Shown here one piece after another: positions 38,505 to 48,718 of a DNA stretch of 64,000 bases. How positions within the stretch are numbered: the stretch's first letter is position 1; every line of letters begins with the position of its first letter. The DNA is taken from contig OZ244048.1 in NCBI GenBank assembly GCA_965215265.1, positions 4,128,001 to 4,192,000 on the forward strand, given 5' to 3'. The stretch is from Candidatus Poribacteria bacterium (GTDB taxonomy: Bacteria > Poribacteria > WGA-4E > WGA-3G). Under the pieces are notes generated by a model. That model was not told where the DNA came from and made no database searches. It was given only the letters and a program-made list of their open reading frames with translations. The translations under genes were made by a program, and so were the position numbers.

Positions 38505-40178
38505 ATGCCGAAAATGACCGGTGCTCGATTTATTGCTGAAACCGTCCACGGCTATGGAATTACACATGTCTTTTTCATGCCTTATATTGGGCCGAGGGCG
38601 TTAATGGAGATGGAAAAACTGGGGATTAAGCGGGTGCAGACGCATGGCGAGAAGGCTGCCGCGTATATGGCGGATGCTTACGCCCGTGTAAAACGGGGTC
38701 CCAGCCTCTGTATGGCGCAATCCGTGGGTGCCCTTAATCTCGCCGCTGGCTTACAAGATGCGTATCTGGCTTGTTCGCCGGTCATCGCGCTGACCGGCCG
38801 CGAAAACCAACTCAATCAGCAGCGGCACGCTTATCAAGAGGTAGATCACGTCAATCCGTTCTCTGCCGTTACCAAATACAGTGCGTTCGTCGCCACACCG
38901 GAGCAGCTGCCTTTCTATCTCAGACAAGTTTTCCGTTCGGCGATGTCAGGCACACCGGGGCCAGTACATCTCGATCTAGAAGGCATTGCTGGCTCTGCAG
39001 TCATAGACCGTGAGTATGAATTGGAGGTGGTTATTGAATCAGAATTTGCACATCTCCCTCCGTTCCGTCCGGAGGCGGAATCCGAGAAAATAGCAGAAGC
39101 CGTCCGGCTGCTTGTAGCTGCGAAACGTCCTATAATTGTGGCAGGTGGCGGCGTAACGACTTCAGATGCGAGAGCGGAGCTCGTCGCACTTGCAGAAAAA
39201 CTTTCCATACCTGTTGCAACGTCCCTTAACGCGAAAGCGATGTTTCCGAGCGAGCATCCGTTGGCTGTAGGTGTCCCCGGTTCATACTCGCGCGCCTGCG
39301 CCAACCAAGCCGTTTGTGAAGCAGATCTCGTCTTCTTCATCGGGAGCCATACCGGCGGGCAAGTAACCAATGGCTACAAGATTCCACCGCAAGGCACACC
39401 GATTATACAACTGGATATCAACCCAGAGGAACTCGGACGGAATTATCCAATTCAGTTGGGGATGCAGGGGGATGTCCGGAATACACTGCGCAGAATGCTC
39501 GAAAGTGCCGAAACCGGCGCACCGCGTACCGCATGGCTCGCCCGCATACAAAAACTAGTGAAGAATTGGAAAGAGAGCGTACAGGAAAAAGTTAACTCCA
39601 ACGCCCGGCCGATGCTACCTGAACGTCTCTGCCGAGAATTAACAGACTATCTCCCCTCAGACGCAATTCTCGTCTCAGACACAGGACATTCAGGCATCTG
39701 GACAGGCACGATGATTGACTTGAAACATCCCGACCAGACTTACATTCGCTGCTCTGGTTCCTTAGGCTGGGGCGTTCCAGCCGCAATGGGGGCGAAATGC
39801 GCGCAACCCGAACGCCCGGTACTCTGTTTCACAGGCGATGGCGGTATTTGGTATCACATGACAGAATTGGATACCGCCATGAAATGTGGCATTAACGCTG
39901 TCATCCTGGTAAATAATAATCACTCGCTAAATCAGGAACAAGGCGGCGTTGAGTCCGTTTACGGGGGGCGCACCCCTGGCTCTGATGAACTCTGGCTTTT
40001 CCCTGATGCTGACTTCGCCAAAATGGCGGAATCTATGGGGTGTTTCGGAATTACGGTGAATAAACCTACTGAGCTGGCGAGTGCCTTGGACGCGGCATTT
40101 GCAGCAGGGAAACCAGCGGTTGTGGATGTCAAAACGCACGTCGAAGGAATCGCCCCGCAAGCATGGATGCCGGCATGA
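38505..40178 (+). CDS. Thiamine-pyrophosphate-binding protein (acetolactate synthase-like)
   Basis: HGEKAAAYMADAYAR, PGPVHL, GSLGWG.PAA.GAK, GDGG..NN. Confidence 0.9.
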   Translation: MPKMTGARFIAETVHGYGITHVFFMPYIGPRALMEMEKLGIKRVQTHGEKAAAYMADAYARVKRGPSLCMAQSVGALNLAAGLQDAYLACSPVIALTGRENQLNQQRHAYQEVDHVNPFSAVTKYSAFVATPEQLPFYLRQVFRSAMSGTPGPVHLDLEGIAGSAVIDREYELEVVIESEFAHLPPFRPEAESEKIAEAVRLLVAAKRPIIVAGGGVTTSDARAELVALAEKLSIPVATSLNAKAMFPSEHPLAVGVPGSYSRACANQAVCEADLVFFIGSHTGGQVTNGYKIPPQGTPIIQLDINPEELGRNYPIQLGMQGDVRNTLRRMLESAETGAPRTAWLARIQKLVKNWKESVQEKVNSNARPMLPERLCRELTDYLPSDAILVSDTGHSGIWTGTMIDLKHPDQTYIRCSGSLGWGVPAAMGAKCAQPERPVLCFTGDGGIWYHMTELDTAMKCGINAVILVNNNHSLNQEQGGVESVYGGRTPGSDELWLFPDADFAKMAESMGCFGITVNKPTELASALDAAFAAGKPAVVDVKTHVEGIAPQAWMPA

Positions 40179-40185
40179 ACGCCTT

Positions 40186-40290
40186 CTTGTATATCTCAGC
40201 ACGTTACCCCCTGATGTTTTCCCAAAATCTTTACAAAACTCGCCAGAGATTTTCGATGTTATGATGCTAAACCTCAATTCAGCCAAGATG
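40186..40290 (+). repeat. Dispersed palindromic repeat family (left arm + core)
   Basis: GTATATCTCAGCAC...TTTACAAAACTCGCCAGAG..GATGTTATGA. Confidence 0.5.
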
Positions 40291-40703
40291 AACGGGTGAA
40301 CGTCGGAAATCGAGTCGTCGTCATGCTATATCTACGAGCAGCAAAAAGAGCACTATAACAAGAAAACGTCTCCATAGGTGAATGCGAAGCATGACCGGTT
40401 GTTTAGGCGGACGAAAAGCATCTGATGTCAAAATCGTTTTGCATGTGCGTATTTTACGATGCACTGACAACGATTGCAATCTTTTTTCTGGTTGGCAATT
40501 CATCGTTAGCCCGATGAAGAGGTTAGAATATTGATTATAACCAGAATAGTCACTTTGTAAGTAAATAATCACGTTTAAGAGAAGCAGGCCAATGATTTTG
40601 TTTAGAGGTTAACATCACATCAGGCGTTGTGGTGCTGCACTATACGAATAGAATTCCTGACAACCTCCCGAGAAGATTTCATGGAACAGAATCATTTGTT
40701 CTC

Positions 40704-41309
40704 TTAACGGCTACGCACGCTAATATCCGCAAACGCTTTTGACGGAAGATAAGTGCCTAAAACCTCTTGAGCCTTCGCCTCTGTGAGTCTTTGTGGCGTA
40801 ACTAACGCACATTTGGAACGCCCGCCTCTCCGCCAAGACATCTCAAAATCTGTATAACTGACCCTACGCTCAGAGAAGTTGTTCGGATTCTGAAGAATGA
40901 TTTCGCTAGCACGGTCATCATAACGCACCACAGGCACAAATTCCGGCTTTCGATTTTTGAATTGAATTATCACGACCGGTGCCCATCCTTTGGCAATAAA
41001 GGCTTTCAGAATATCCAGCGAGCCCCCGGAGACAATAGCGATATTATCCACTTTTCCACGCGTCGTTCCATAGATATCATCAATTCCGCCCCGACCAATA
41101 GGTGGAAACGTTTTGAAGGCATTTCTGAGGTAGGGCATCTTTCGTAAATCAACCATCGCGCTTGGCGGCAAATTCCGTTCCGGCTCCACCGACTCGGGTT
41201 CACTAACTGTGCCGGTTTCCGGAACATACGGAAACTGTCCTGTTTGAGGCGGAGGTCCACAACTTATCACCAACAGCACGAGCACGCACAGAAAAAAAAC
41301 AGACTTCAT
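40704..41309 (-). CDS. Hypothetical lipoprotein
   Basis: AAGGAG RBS; MKSVFFLCVLVLLVISC lipobox. Confidence 0.7.
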   Translation of the reverse strand: MKSVFFLCVLVLLVISCGPPPQTGQFPYVPETGTVSEPESVEPERNLPPSAMVDLRKMPYLRNAFKTFPPIGRGGIDDIYGTTRGKVDNIAIVSGGSLDILKAFIAKGWAPVVIIQFKNRKPEFVPVVRYDDRASEIILQNPNNFSERRVSYTDFEMSWRRGGRSKCALVTPQRLTEAKAQEVLGTYLPSKAFADISVRSR

Positions 41310-41322
41310 TTTTTTTACTCCT

Positions 41323-41470
41323 TTTTCGTATATCTCCGTACCGTCAACGTTTATGTCTTGTTTCATCGTGTGTAAATCTCGTCAGAGGTTAACTCGGTAA
41401 TGTCTTTAAAATCATAGACATAAACGGCTCCGAACATAGAGGCTCATCTCGGATTCATGCACGAATCCCA
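41323..41470 (-). repeat. Dispersed palindromic repeat family copy
   Basis: Reverse complement GACGAGATTTACACACG...GGTACGGAGATATACGAAAA. Confidence 0.65.
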
Positions 41471-41484
41471 GAAAACTTTCACTT

Positions 41485-42507
41485 CTAATCTGAACGCACT
41501 ACTATTTCTCGTCTTTCCTTCCAGGATTGAACAATCGCTTCGGTAATCCGCAAGGCTTGTAATCCATCCCTTCCAGTGGGAACAGGGACACGGTTCCCAA
41601 GCAGATCATCCACCAACGCAGCCATCCGCAGTGCAAACGTCCCATTAAACGCAAGTTGTTCATCACGAAAAATTGAGGGCCGGTATTCTTCTATAATCTG
41701 GTTATCGCGTTTCATCAAGGTTGCACTCGTCAGAACGTTATTAACAACGATTTCACCGTCGGATCCACAGATTTCCAACTGTTCAATTGGATGGATAAAA
41801 TCGCTATCCCAACTCGCTAGAAGTGTAGCTACGGCTTCTGTCTCATAACGGAGAGAGATTGCCATGCTGGTGTAGCAGGCATCTTCACCGGCGCGAACTT
41901 GCTGCTTTCTAGGTTTTGCCATTTGTGCACAAACGCCTACAATTTCGCCGCCAAACCACCGAAGGAGGTCAATTGCATGCGTTTCCAATTCGTAAAGTAG
42001 ATAGTACTCACCCTTCCATGTAGATGCTGGCCCACCTTGTGACAATTTCATATCCAAATAGTAGATTTGTCCAATGGCCCCGGCATCAAACCATTTCCGG
42101 GCTTGAACGTACCCGGGGGCAAAACGTCGGTTGTAGTCTATAGCAAGATGCACGCCCATCGCCTCGGCTTTCGCAACCATTGCCTCGGCTTCGTCAATGT
42201 TAAGGGCCAGCGGCTTTTCTGATATAACATGTTTTCTTGCCTCAAGGCACTCCATTACCGGTTCAAAATGCAGATGGTCTGCCGTGACAACGTCTACTAA
42301 ATCGCATTCTTCATGGGCCAGCATCTCTCTAATGGATGGATACCAATTAGCAATACCGAGTTCTGCCGCGCGGGCCCTCGCTTTGGCAGCATCTATATCG
42401 CAAATAGCCACCAGTTCGGCACCCGGATGCTGCAGATATCCTTGTTGGTGAAGATAACCAATCCCACCGCAACCAACTGCTGCAACTTTCAGTTTTCCTT
42501 TCGTCAT
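41485..42507 (-). CDS. Gfo/Idh/MocA oxidoreductase
   Basis: VGCGGIG, HVISEKPLA, NRRF.P, H.IDL. Confidence 0.9.
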   Translation of the reverse strand: MTKGKLKVAAVGCGGIGYLHQQGYLQHPGAELVAICDIDAAKARARAAELGIANWYPSIREMLAHEECDLVDVVTADHLHFEPVMECLEARKHVISEKPLALNIDEAEAMVAKAEAMGVHLAIDYNRRFAPGYVQARKWFDAGAIGQIYYLDMKLSQGGPASTWKGEYYLLYELETHAIDLLRWFGGEIVGVCAQMAKPRKQQVRAGEDACYTSMAISLRYETEAVATLLASWDSDFIHPIEQLEICGSDGEIVVNNVLTSATLMKRDNQIIEEYRPSIFRDEQLAFNGTFALRMAALVDDLLGNRVPVPTGRDGLQALRITEAIVQSWKERREIVVRSD

Positions 42508-42865
42508 GATGTTTGCTCCTTCTATTTTTGCGAGGCATCGGAAACCCCTAAGCGAGATTAACTGATAAAGTGCGCGGAACAACATGCATTGTTCAATTTT
42601 TTGTCGAGGGTAGCGAGAAGGCAGGCGAATTAAAGTAAGACCCCGCCAACGCGAGTGTTCCGGTGGATATCCCATCAGAGACTTTTTGGTCGGTTTTCGC
42701 TACAACCAGACGCATACCCCGGGCAAATACAAAAAAGCAATATGCATTTTCCACCTTTATATTATTATAATAAACTATAGCATGAAAAATAGCAAGAAAT
42801 AACTTTACTCTTAGCCTCTTTACTTTTTGTTAGGAAAATGTGATATCCGGTACTTGAAAAAAGAC

Positions 42866-42895
42866 TTGACATTCCTCAGAATCCGTATGTATAAT
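42866..42895 (+). promoter_or_regulatory. Sigma70 promoter
   Basis: TTGACA-18bp-TATAAT. Confidence 0.55.
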
Positions 42896-42982
42896 AATCA
42901 CATAGTAAATTATGCTTTGACCAGCATGGGTAAAATGCTATAATTTTTGTATAAAAATTTTCAAATCACGAGGAACAATCGA

Positions 42983-43600
42983 TTGGCACAACAGAAAGCA
43001 ACTCATATCACGTGGCATCCAGCGACTGTTACACAGGAAGACAGAGAAAAATTGCTCAACCAGAAAGGTTGTGTGCTGTGGTTCACCGGACTTTCCGGTT
43101 CCGGTAAATCAACATTAGCGAATGCAGTGGAATATCTCTTACACCAACGACAGCACCACACATATATCTTAGATGGGGACAATGTTCGTCACGGACTGAA
43201 TAAAAATTTAGGCTTCTCACCGGAGGATCGGACAGAAAACATCCGACGTATCGGGGAAGTGGCAAAACTTTTTGCAGATGCAGGCACTATTACGATGACA
43301 GCCTTCATTTCGCCCTACCGAGCAGATCGAGATCAAGCACGAAATCTCCTCCCCAAAGATAGGTTCGTGGAAATTTTCGTTGAATGTCCACTCACAGTTT
43401 GTGAAAAACGTGACACGAAAGGCTTGTACAAAAAAGCACGTACCGGAGAAATCAAGGAATTTACAGGGATCAGCGCGCCCTACGAACCACCACACCATCC
43501 GGAGATAACCGTCAATACAGAGGAACTTTCATTGCAAGAATCTGCCCAAAAAGTGGTCGCATTTCTTGAGAAAGCCAAATTAGTTCTCACAGCACGCTAA
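42983..43600 (+). CDS. cysC: Adenylyl-sulfate kinase
   Basis: [46 protein letters not shown]; TTG start after GAGG. Confidence 0.95.
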   Translation: MAQQKATHITWHPATVTQEDREKLLNQKGCVLWFTGLSGSGKSTLANAVEYLLHQRQHHTYILDGDNVRHGLNKNLGFSPEDRTENIRRIGEVAKLFADAGTITMTAFISPYRADRDQARNLLPKDRFVEIFVECPLTVCEKRDTKGLYKKARTGEIKEFTGISAPYEPPHHPEITVNTEELSLQESAQKVVAFLEKAKLVLTAR

Positions 43601-43623
43601 GGCACGGAGATGTTTATACAACC

Positions 43624-44583
43624 ATGAAACTGATTCAATTCCATCTACCTAAATTAGGTAAGCGGGTTGGGATTGTTACCCGCGAAAATGAAGTGATTGA
43701 CGTAACCAGCGAAGAATCACAGAACGTCCTTTCCCTACTGGAACTTGCCGATCAAGAACAAGTAAGCCTTGGCGTACTGCTCGCTGATATACAAGAGCAG
43801 TTGTCAGCATCCAAACCCACTCAACTCCCCCCTCTCAATCCGGCCATTAGCGCGCGGGAAGCGACCAACGGAGATAGACTCACACTTGAAAAATTAGATG
43901 TCCCTCCCAACGAAAACGCCGCTCATCTCTTAGCTCCGATTGATTCACCCGAAGTGTGGGGATGTGGGGTTACCTACAAACGCAGTGCTGATATGCGCGA
44001 TGATGACAGTGAACAAGATATCTACAGCCGCGTCTATCATGCCAACCGGCCCGAGATATTCTTCAAAGCAACACCGGCACGATGTGTCGGCCCAAACGGA
44101 TCCATCGGCATCCGGAGAGATTCCACGCTCACAGCAACTGAGCCTGAACTCGCCTATATCTTGGGCAGCAAGGGCGAGATCGTCGGGTACACACTTTGCA
44201 ACGATGTCTCCGCATGGGATATTGAACGCGAAAATCCACTTTATCTTCCACAGTCCAAAATCTTTTACGGATGTTGTGCACTTGGCCCCATGTTTGTTAC
44301 ACCTTCCGAAATTGACGACCCTTACAATCTGGAAATGCACTGTACAGTGCTACGCGAGGAAAATGTTCTCTATGAAGGAACAGTCAATACGTCCCAGATT
44401 AATTGGAAATTTGAACAACTCACTGAATTCTTATGTAGAGATAATCCTGTACCGTTCGGTACCGTGGTCTCTACCGGGACCGGCATCATCGTTCCCAATG
44501 AATTACCGCTTGCCCCCGGGGACATCGTTCAAATTGAAATTGAAGGGTTCGGAACCTTGTCGAATCCAGTGAAGCAACTGTAG
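43624..44583 (+). CDS. Fumarylacetoacetate hydrolase family protein (2-keto-3-deoxy-pentonate dehydratase-like)
   Basis: EVW..GVTY.RS, RPEIFFKA, EPEL, NDVS..DIE.ENPLYLPQ.K, TGTGI. Confidence 0.85.
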   Translation: MKLIQFHLPKLGKRVGIVTRENEVIDVTSEESQNVLSLLELADQEQVSLGVLLADIQEQLSASKPTQLPPLNPAISAREATNGDRLTLEKLDVPPNENAAHLLAPIDSPEVWGCGVTYKRSADMRDDDSEQDIYSRVYHANRPEIFFKATPARCVGPNGSIGIRRDSTLTATEPELAYILGSKGEIVGYTLCNDVSAWDIERENPLYLPQSKIFYGCCALGPMFVTPSEIDDPYNLEMHCTVLREENVLYEGTVNTSQINWKFEQLTEFLCRDNPVPFGTVVSTGTGIIVPNELPLAPGDIVQIEIEGFGTLSNPVKQL

Positions 44584-44594
44584 GAGCCTTATTT

Positions 44595-45701
44595 ATGCAA
44601 CCACCCGAAACTTTTATTGGATTGCCAAAAACCGAATTGGATACACCGGCCCTGCTCATCGACCTGGATAAGATGGAAACCAACATCCAGACGATGGCGA
44701 ACTATTTCAAAACGGTAAATGCCGTACTGAGACCGCACGTCAAAACACATAAAACGCCTATTTTGTCACATAAACAGATTGCTGCCGGTGCAATCGGAGT
44801 CACTTGTGCAAAACTTGGCGAAGCAGAAGCGGTAATCCACGCCGGCATCAGAGACGTACTCATTGCTAACCAAGTAGTCGGAAGGCAAAAAATTGCACGA
44901 CTTATTAACCTCGCTAAACATTCTGAAATTATGGTTGCTGTGGACAATACACAAAACGTGAATGATATTTCAGATGCAGCCACCGCGAAAGGTGTAACCA
45001 TCCGGATGCTGATAGAAGTAAACACTGGCATGAACCGATGCGGCGTTGAACCCGGAAAACCAACGTTGGAATTAGCACAGCACGTACGAAGCACTCCGCA
45101 CGTGAAATTTGAAGGTTTGATGGGCTACGAAGGACATACCGTCGCAAACCCGAATTACGCAGAACGTGAAGCGGCTACGCGCGCAGCTGTGCAGCTGCTT
45201 ATTGATGCGAAACGCTATCTTGAAAAGAACAGCATCTCTGTAACTATCATGAGCGGCGGCGGTACTGGCACTTTTAATATCACAGGTAGCATACCAGAAA
45301 TGACAGAAGTTCAGGCGGGCTCATACATTTTTATGGACTCAACCTACCGGAAAGTAAAGGCGGTTGGCGAACAGTTTCAGTGTGCACTGACTGTGTTAGC
45401 AACCGTCGTCAGCCGCCCCGCACCAGATCGTGTAATTGTTGATACAGGACTTAAGGTACTTGCCAAAGAATTCGGCATTCCACAACCTACCGGCTTGGAC
45501 GGAATCGAAATGACAGGTCTTTCTGAAGAGCATGGAAAAATGAACGCAAAGGAAAACGTTACTCTCATACCAGGTGATAAACTTGAAATTTTACCAACAC
45601 ACTGCTGTACGACAGTGAATCTCCATGACAAGTATTACGGGATTCGTGACGGTATTGTCGAATCTGTCTGGGAGATAGCAGCACGAGGCAAAGCACAATA
45701 A
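44595..45701 (+). CDS. DSD1 / D-threonine aldolase family PLP enzyme
   Basis: [39 protein letters not shown]. Confidence 0.9.
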   Translation: MQPPETFIGLPKTELDTPALLIDLDKMETNIQTMANYFKTVNAVLRPHVKTHKTPILSHKQIAAGAIGVTCAKLGEAEAVIHAGIRDVLIANQVVGRQKIARLINLAKHSEIMVAVDNTQNVNDISDAATAKGVTIRMLIEVNTGMNRCGVEPGKPTLELAQHVRSTPHVKFEGLMGYEGHTVANPNYAEREAATRAAVQLLIDAKRYLEKNSISVTIMSGGGTGTFNITGSIPEMTEVQAGSYIFMDSTYRKVKAVGEQFQCALTVLATVVSRPAPDRVIVDTGLKVLAKEFGIPQPTGLDGIEMTGLSEEHGKMNAKENVTLIPGDKLEILPTHCCTTVNLHDKYYGIRDGIVESVWEIAARGKAQ

Positions 45702-45711
45702 GGAGAATAGA

Positions 45712-46026
45712 ATGATTACGACTACAACTCACAGCGTTGAAGGCAAGCAAATTACGGACTACCTCGGTATTGTTACCGGCGAAGCCATTATGGGGGCAAA
45801 TATGTTTCGCGATTTTCTTGCCGGAATTACCGATTTGGTCGGCGGCCGCTCAGGAACCTATGAAAACAAACTCGCGGATGGTCGCGAAACGGCCATTCTC
45901 GAGATGGAACAACTGGCAAGACAACGCGGCGCTAACGCTGTCGTTGCCGTTGACATTGATTATGAAGTGATCGGCGACAGTATGTTAATGGTAAGCGCAA
46001 GCGGAACCGCCGTTAAAATTGAATGA
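45712..46026 (+). CDS. YbjQ / UPF0145 family protein
   Basis: YLGIV.GE...GAN..RD..A...D.VGGRS..YE, GANAVV, ASGTAV. Confidence 0.9.
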   Translation: MITTTTHSVEGKQITDYLGIVTGEAIMGANMFRDFLAGITDLVGGRSGTYENKLADGRETAILEMEQLARQRGANAVVAVDIDYEVIGDSMLMVSASGTAVKIE

Positions 46027-46141
46027 AATCACTTTGTGACTGCTAGACTTGCGGATGGCACGAGTGCCCCCTACTATAAAAAACTCACTGCCGAATACTG
46101 ATAACTGATAACTCAATGTTCCTCTTTTTTGCGAATTTGGT

Positions 46142-46170
46142 TTGACAAGCATTGTTTGGCGGTGTATAAT
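46142..46170 (+). promoter_or_regulatory. Sigma70 promoter of the nos cluster
   Basis: TTGACA-17bp-TATAAT. Confidence 0.7.
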
Positions 46171-46344
46171 TATTAACGGTTTCTTTTTAATAACAGATAC
46201 CTTCATTGATTAACGAGAATCCGCATTAGCGTAAAATTCACGAAAACCACAAACTTGATTAGATATTTGGAGGGTTTACGATTGCAATTCGGAATGACAT
46301 TATGCGACGCAACACCCTCTGAAACAACGAAGGAGACTTTACCC

Positions 46345-48348
46345 ATGCAAAACAAAACGCTACACACCTTATTTTCAATTCCAGCACTAGGCGCTGTAAT
46401 TCTGGGGCTAGTACTGTATATGTTAGTTACGCCGGAAACTGCCCACCCCCAATTCCCCAATGGTGCAATGGATATTGTGCAGGAACGCCAATTAACGCCT
46501 GATGATATCAAGGCTGCCCTCGCAACCTATACACCCACTGGCAGGCATGACGAGTATGTGATGTTCACATCAGGTGGGCACAGCGGGCAAGTGATAGTAA
46601 TCGGTATGCCCTCAATGCGTATCCTTAAAGTCATCGCCGTCTTCACACCAGATCCATGGCAGGGCTACGGATACGGTGTCAAGGAATTACCACTAAACGC
46701 CGCAAACGCCGGCGTTACAGTTGATGGACAAACCCTAACCTGGGCGGATACCCATCACCCCGCATTAAGCGAAACTAAAGGCGATTACGACGGACAATAC
46801 CTTTTCATCAATGACAAAGCCAACGGCCGCGTTGCAACAATTGACCTGAGAGATTTTGAGACAAAACAGATAGTAAAAAATCCTGTGGTACACAATGACC
46901 ATGGAGCGACGATGGTAACGCCTGACACGGAATACGTCATTGAAGGCTCACAATACGCAATGCCCTTGGGCAATGAATATGCCCCGATTTCTGAATACAA
47001 GGCAAAATATCGCGGATTGATGACTTTTTGGAAATTCCATCGAGAGCAGGGACGAATTGTGACAGATCAGTCCTTCGCACTAGAACTCCCCCCTTACTGG
47101 CAAGATTTAGCCGATGCCGGAAAACTAACCAGCGACGGATGGATTTTCTGCGGCTCTTTTAACTCTGAAATGGCCACAGGCGGGATTGAAGATGGGAACC
47201 CACCTTTTGAGGCCGGCACCACCGAACGAGATATGGATTACCTGCACCTTGTCAACTGGCGGAAAGCTGAACAGGTTTTCAAGGACGGAAAAACCACCAA
47301 CATAAACGGATTCCCGGTGATTTCGCTCGAGACTTCTGTCGCAGAAGGACTCCTCTACCTCACACCGGAACCCAAGAGCCCGCACGGCGTCGATGTGAGC
47401 CCTAGTGGAAACTACATCGTTGTTTCCGGCAAACTTGATCCGCACGTCACAGTCTATCACATCAATAAAATTAAAAAAGCAATAGAAGATAAAGATTACG
47501 AAGGTACAGATGAATACGGTGTCCCTATTCTGCGATTCGATGCTGTTCTTGAAGCACAGATCGAGGTTGGCCTAGGACCACTTCATACTCAGTTTGATAA
47601 CCAGGGCTATGCATACACCAGTCTTTTCCTTGACAGTGCTGTTGCTCGATGGACCCTTGGACCAGATGCGAAATACAAAGCCCCTGAACGCCACTGGAGA
47701 CTCATTCAGCAGCTCCCTGTTCACTACAACATTGGACATCTTGTTGCTGCCGAAGGTGACACCGTCGAACCAGATGGAAAGTACCTGGTCGCGCTAAACA
47801 AATGGGCAGTAGATCGATTCTTGAATGTTGGGCCCTTACTGCCACAAAATCTCCAACTGGTTGATATATCTGATACCGGGGACAATATGTCCCTCCTTTA
47901 CGATCTCCCGCTTGGAATTGGCGAACCGCATTATGCACAGATTATAAAAGCCGATAAACTTTCGGCATGGGAAATCTATCCAGAAGTCGGATGGGATACC
48001 GTCAAACAACAGAAACATGCAAAAGCATCAGAAAAGGGCGCTATCACCCGTAACGGAAACACCGTGGAAATCTCAATGACTGCCATCCGGAGCCACTTTG
48101 AACCCGAGATTATAGAGGTTAATAAAGGCGATAAAATTGTCTGGCACCTGACGAATCTTGAACGCACCTACGATGCGACCCACGGCTTCGCGCTACCCGG
48201 TTACAACATCACCTCAAGTATTGAGGCAGGCGAAACAGTAACGCTCGATTTCATTGCTGACAAAACAGGCGTCTTCTCGTTCTACTGCACAGAGTTCTGT
48301 TCAGCACTACACTTGGAGATGGTGGGATATTTCCTCGTCAAACCCTAA
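46345..48348 (+). CDS. nosZ: Nitrous-oxide reductase, Sec-dependent (clade II)
   Basis: CuZ His motifs DTHHP, NDHG, SPHG, GPLH, NIGH, EPH; CuA motifs HGF and CTEFCSALHLEM; no twin-arginine; AGGAG RBS. Confidence 0.95.
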   Translation: MQNKTLHTLFSIPALGAVILGLVLYMLVTPETAHPQFPNGAMDIVQERQLTPDDIKAALATYTPTGRHDEYVMFTSGGHSGQVIVIGMPSMRILKVIAVFTPDPWQGYGYGVKELPLNAANAGVTVDGQTLTWADTHHPALSETKGDYDGQYLFINDKANGRVATIDLRDFETKQIVKNPVVHNDHGATMVTPDTEYVIEGSQYAMPLGNEYAPISEYKAKYRGLMTFWKFHREQGRIVTDQSFALELPPYWQDLADAGKLTSDGWIFCGSFNSEMATGGIEDGNPPFEAGTTERDMDYLHLVNWRKAEQVFKDGKTTNINGFPVISLETSVAEGLLYLTPEPKSPHGVDVSPSGNYIVVSGKLDPHVTVYHINKIKKAIEDKDYEGTDEYGVPILRFDAVLEAQIEVGLGPLHTQFDNQGYAYTSLFLDSAVARWTLGPDAKYKAPERHWRLIQQLPVHYNIGHLVAAEGDTVEPDGKYLVALNKWAVDRFLNVGPLLPQNLQLVDISDTGDNMSLLYDLPLGIGEPHYAQIIKADKLSAWEIYPEVGWDTVKQQKHAKASEKGAITRNGNTVEISMTAIRSHFEPEIIEVNKGDKIVWHLTNLERTYDATHGFALPGYNITSSIEAGETVTLDFIADKTGVFSFYCTEFCSALHLEMVGYFLVKP

Positions 48349-48349
48349 C

Positions 48350-48622
48350 ACATCTTGGTATACTGCAGCACACCAACACTCTATGTTATGATAACCTTAG
48401 CACAAAACTCGTCAGAGAGTTCCGATGTTATGAATCTAAACATCTTGGTATACTGCAGCACATCAACACTCTATGTTATGATAACCTTAGCACAAAACTC
48501 GTCAGAGAGTTCCGATGTTATGAATCTAAACATCTTGGTATACTGCAGCACATCAACACTCTATGTTATGATAACCTTAGCACAAAACTCGTCAGAGAGT
48601 TCCGATGTTATGAATCTAAACA
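48350..48622 (+). repeat. Three 90-bp tandem copies (left arm + core of the dispersed family), followed by a right arm to about 48705
   Basis: CATCTTGGTATACTGCAGC at 48351, 48441 and 48531; one mismatch. Confidence 0.9.
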
Positions 48623-48718
48623 GAGAGAGGATTTGGGTGGGCGGGCGACGAGATTGACACACGAGTACCCACGACATAAGCGGTGACGGTACGGAGATAT
48701 ACAAAAAATAAGGAGTTA

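Noticed and set aside
40321-40572. 83-aa ORF between convergent genes
   Set aside because: No RBS, motif or other support.
46170-46345. FNR/DNR box upstream of nosZ
   Set aside because: Only TTGAT half-sites, with no ATCAA at the right spacing.
48350-48622. Possible CRISPR array (also 52270-52485 and 56410-56625)
   Set aside because: Units repeat in full with no unique spacers, are 60-90 bp long, and no cas genes are present.
48355-48657. 100-aa repetitive ORF
   Set aside because: It is the translation of the 90-bp non-coding tandem repeat and has no RBS.
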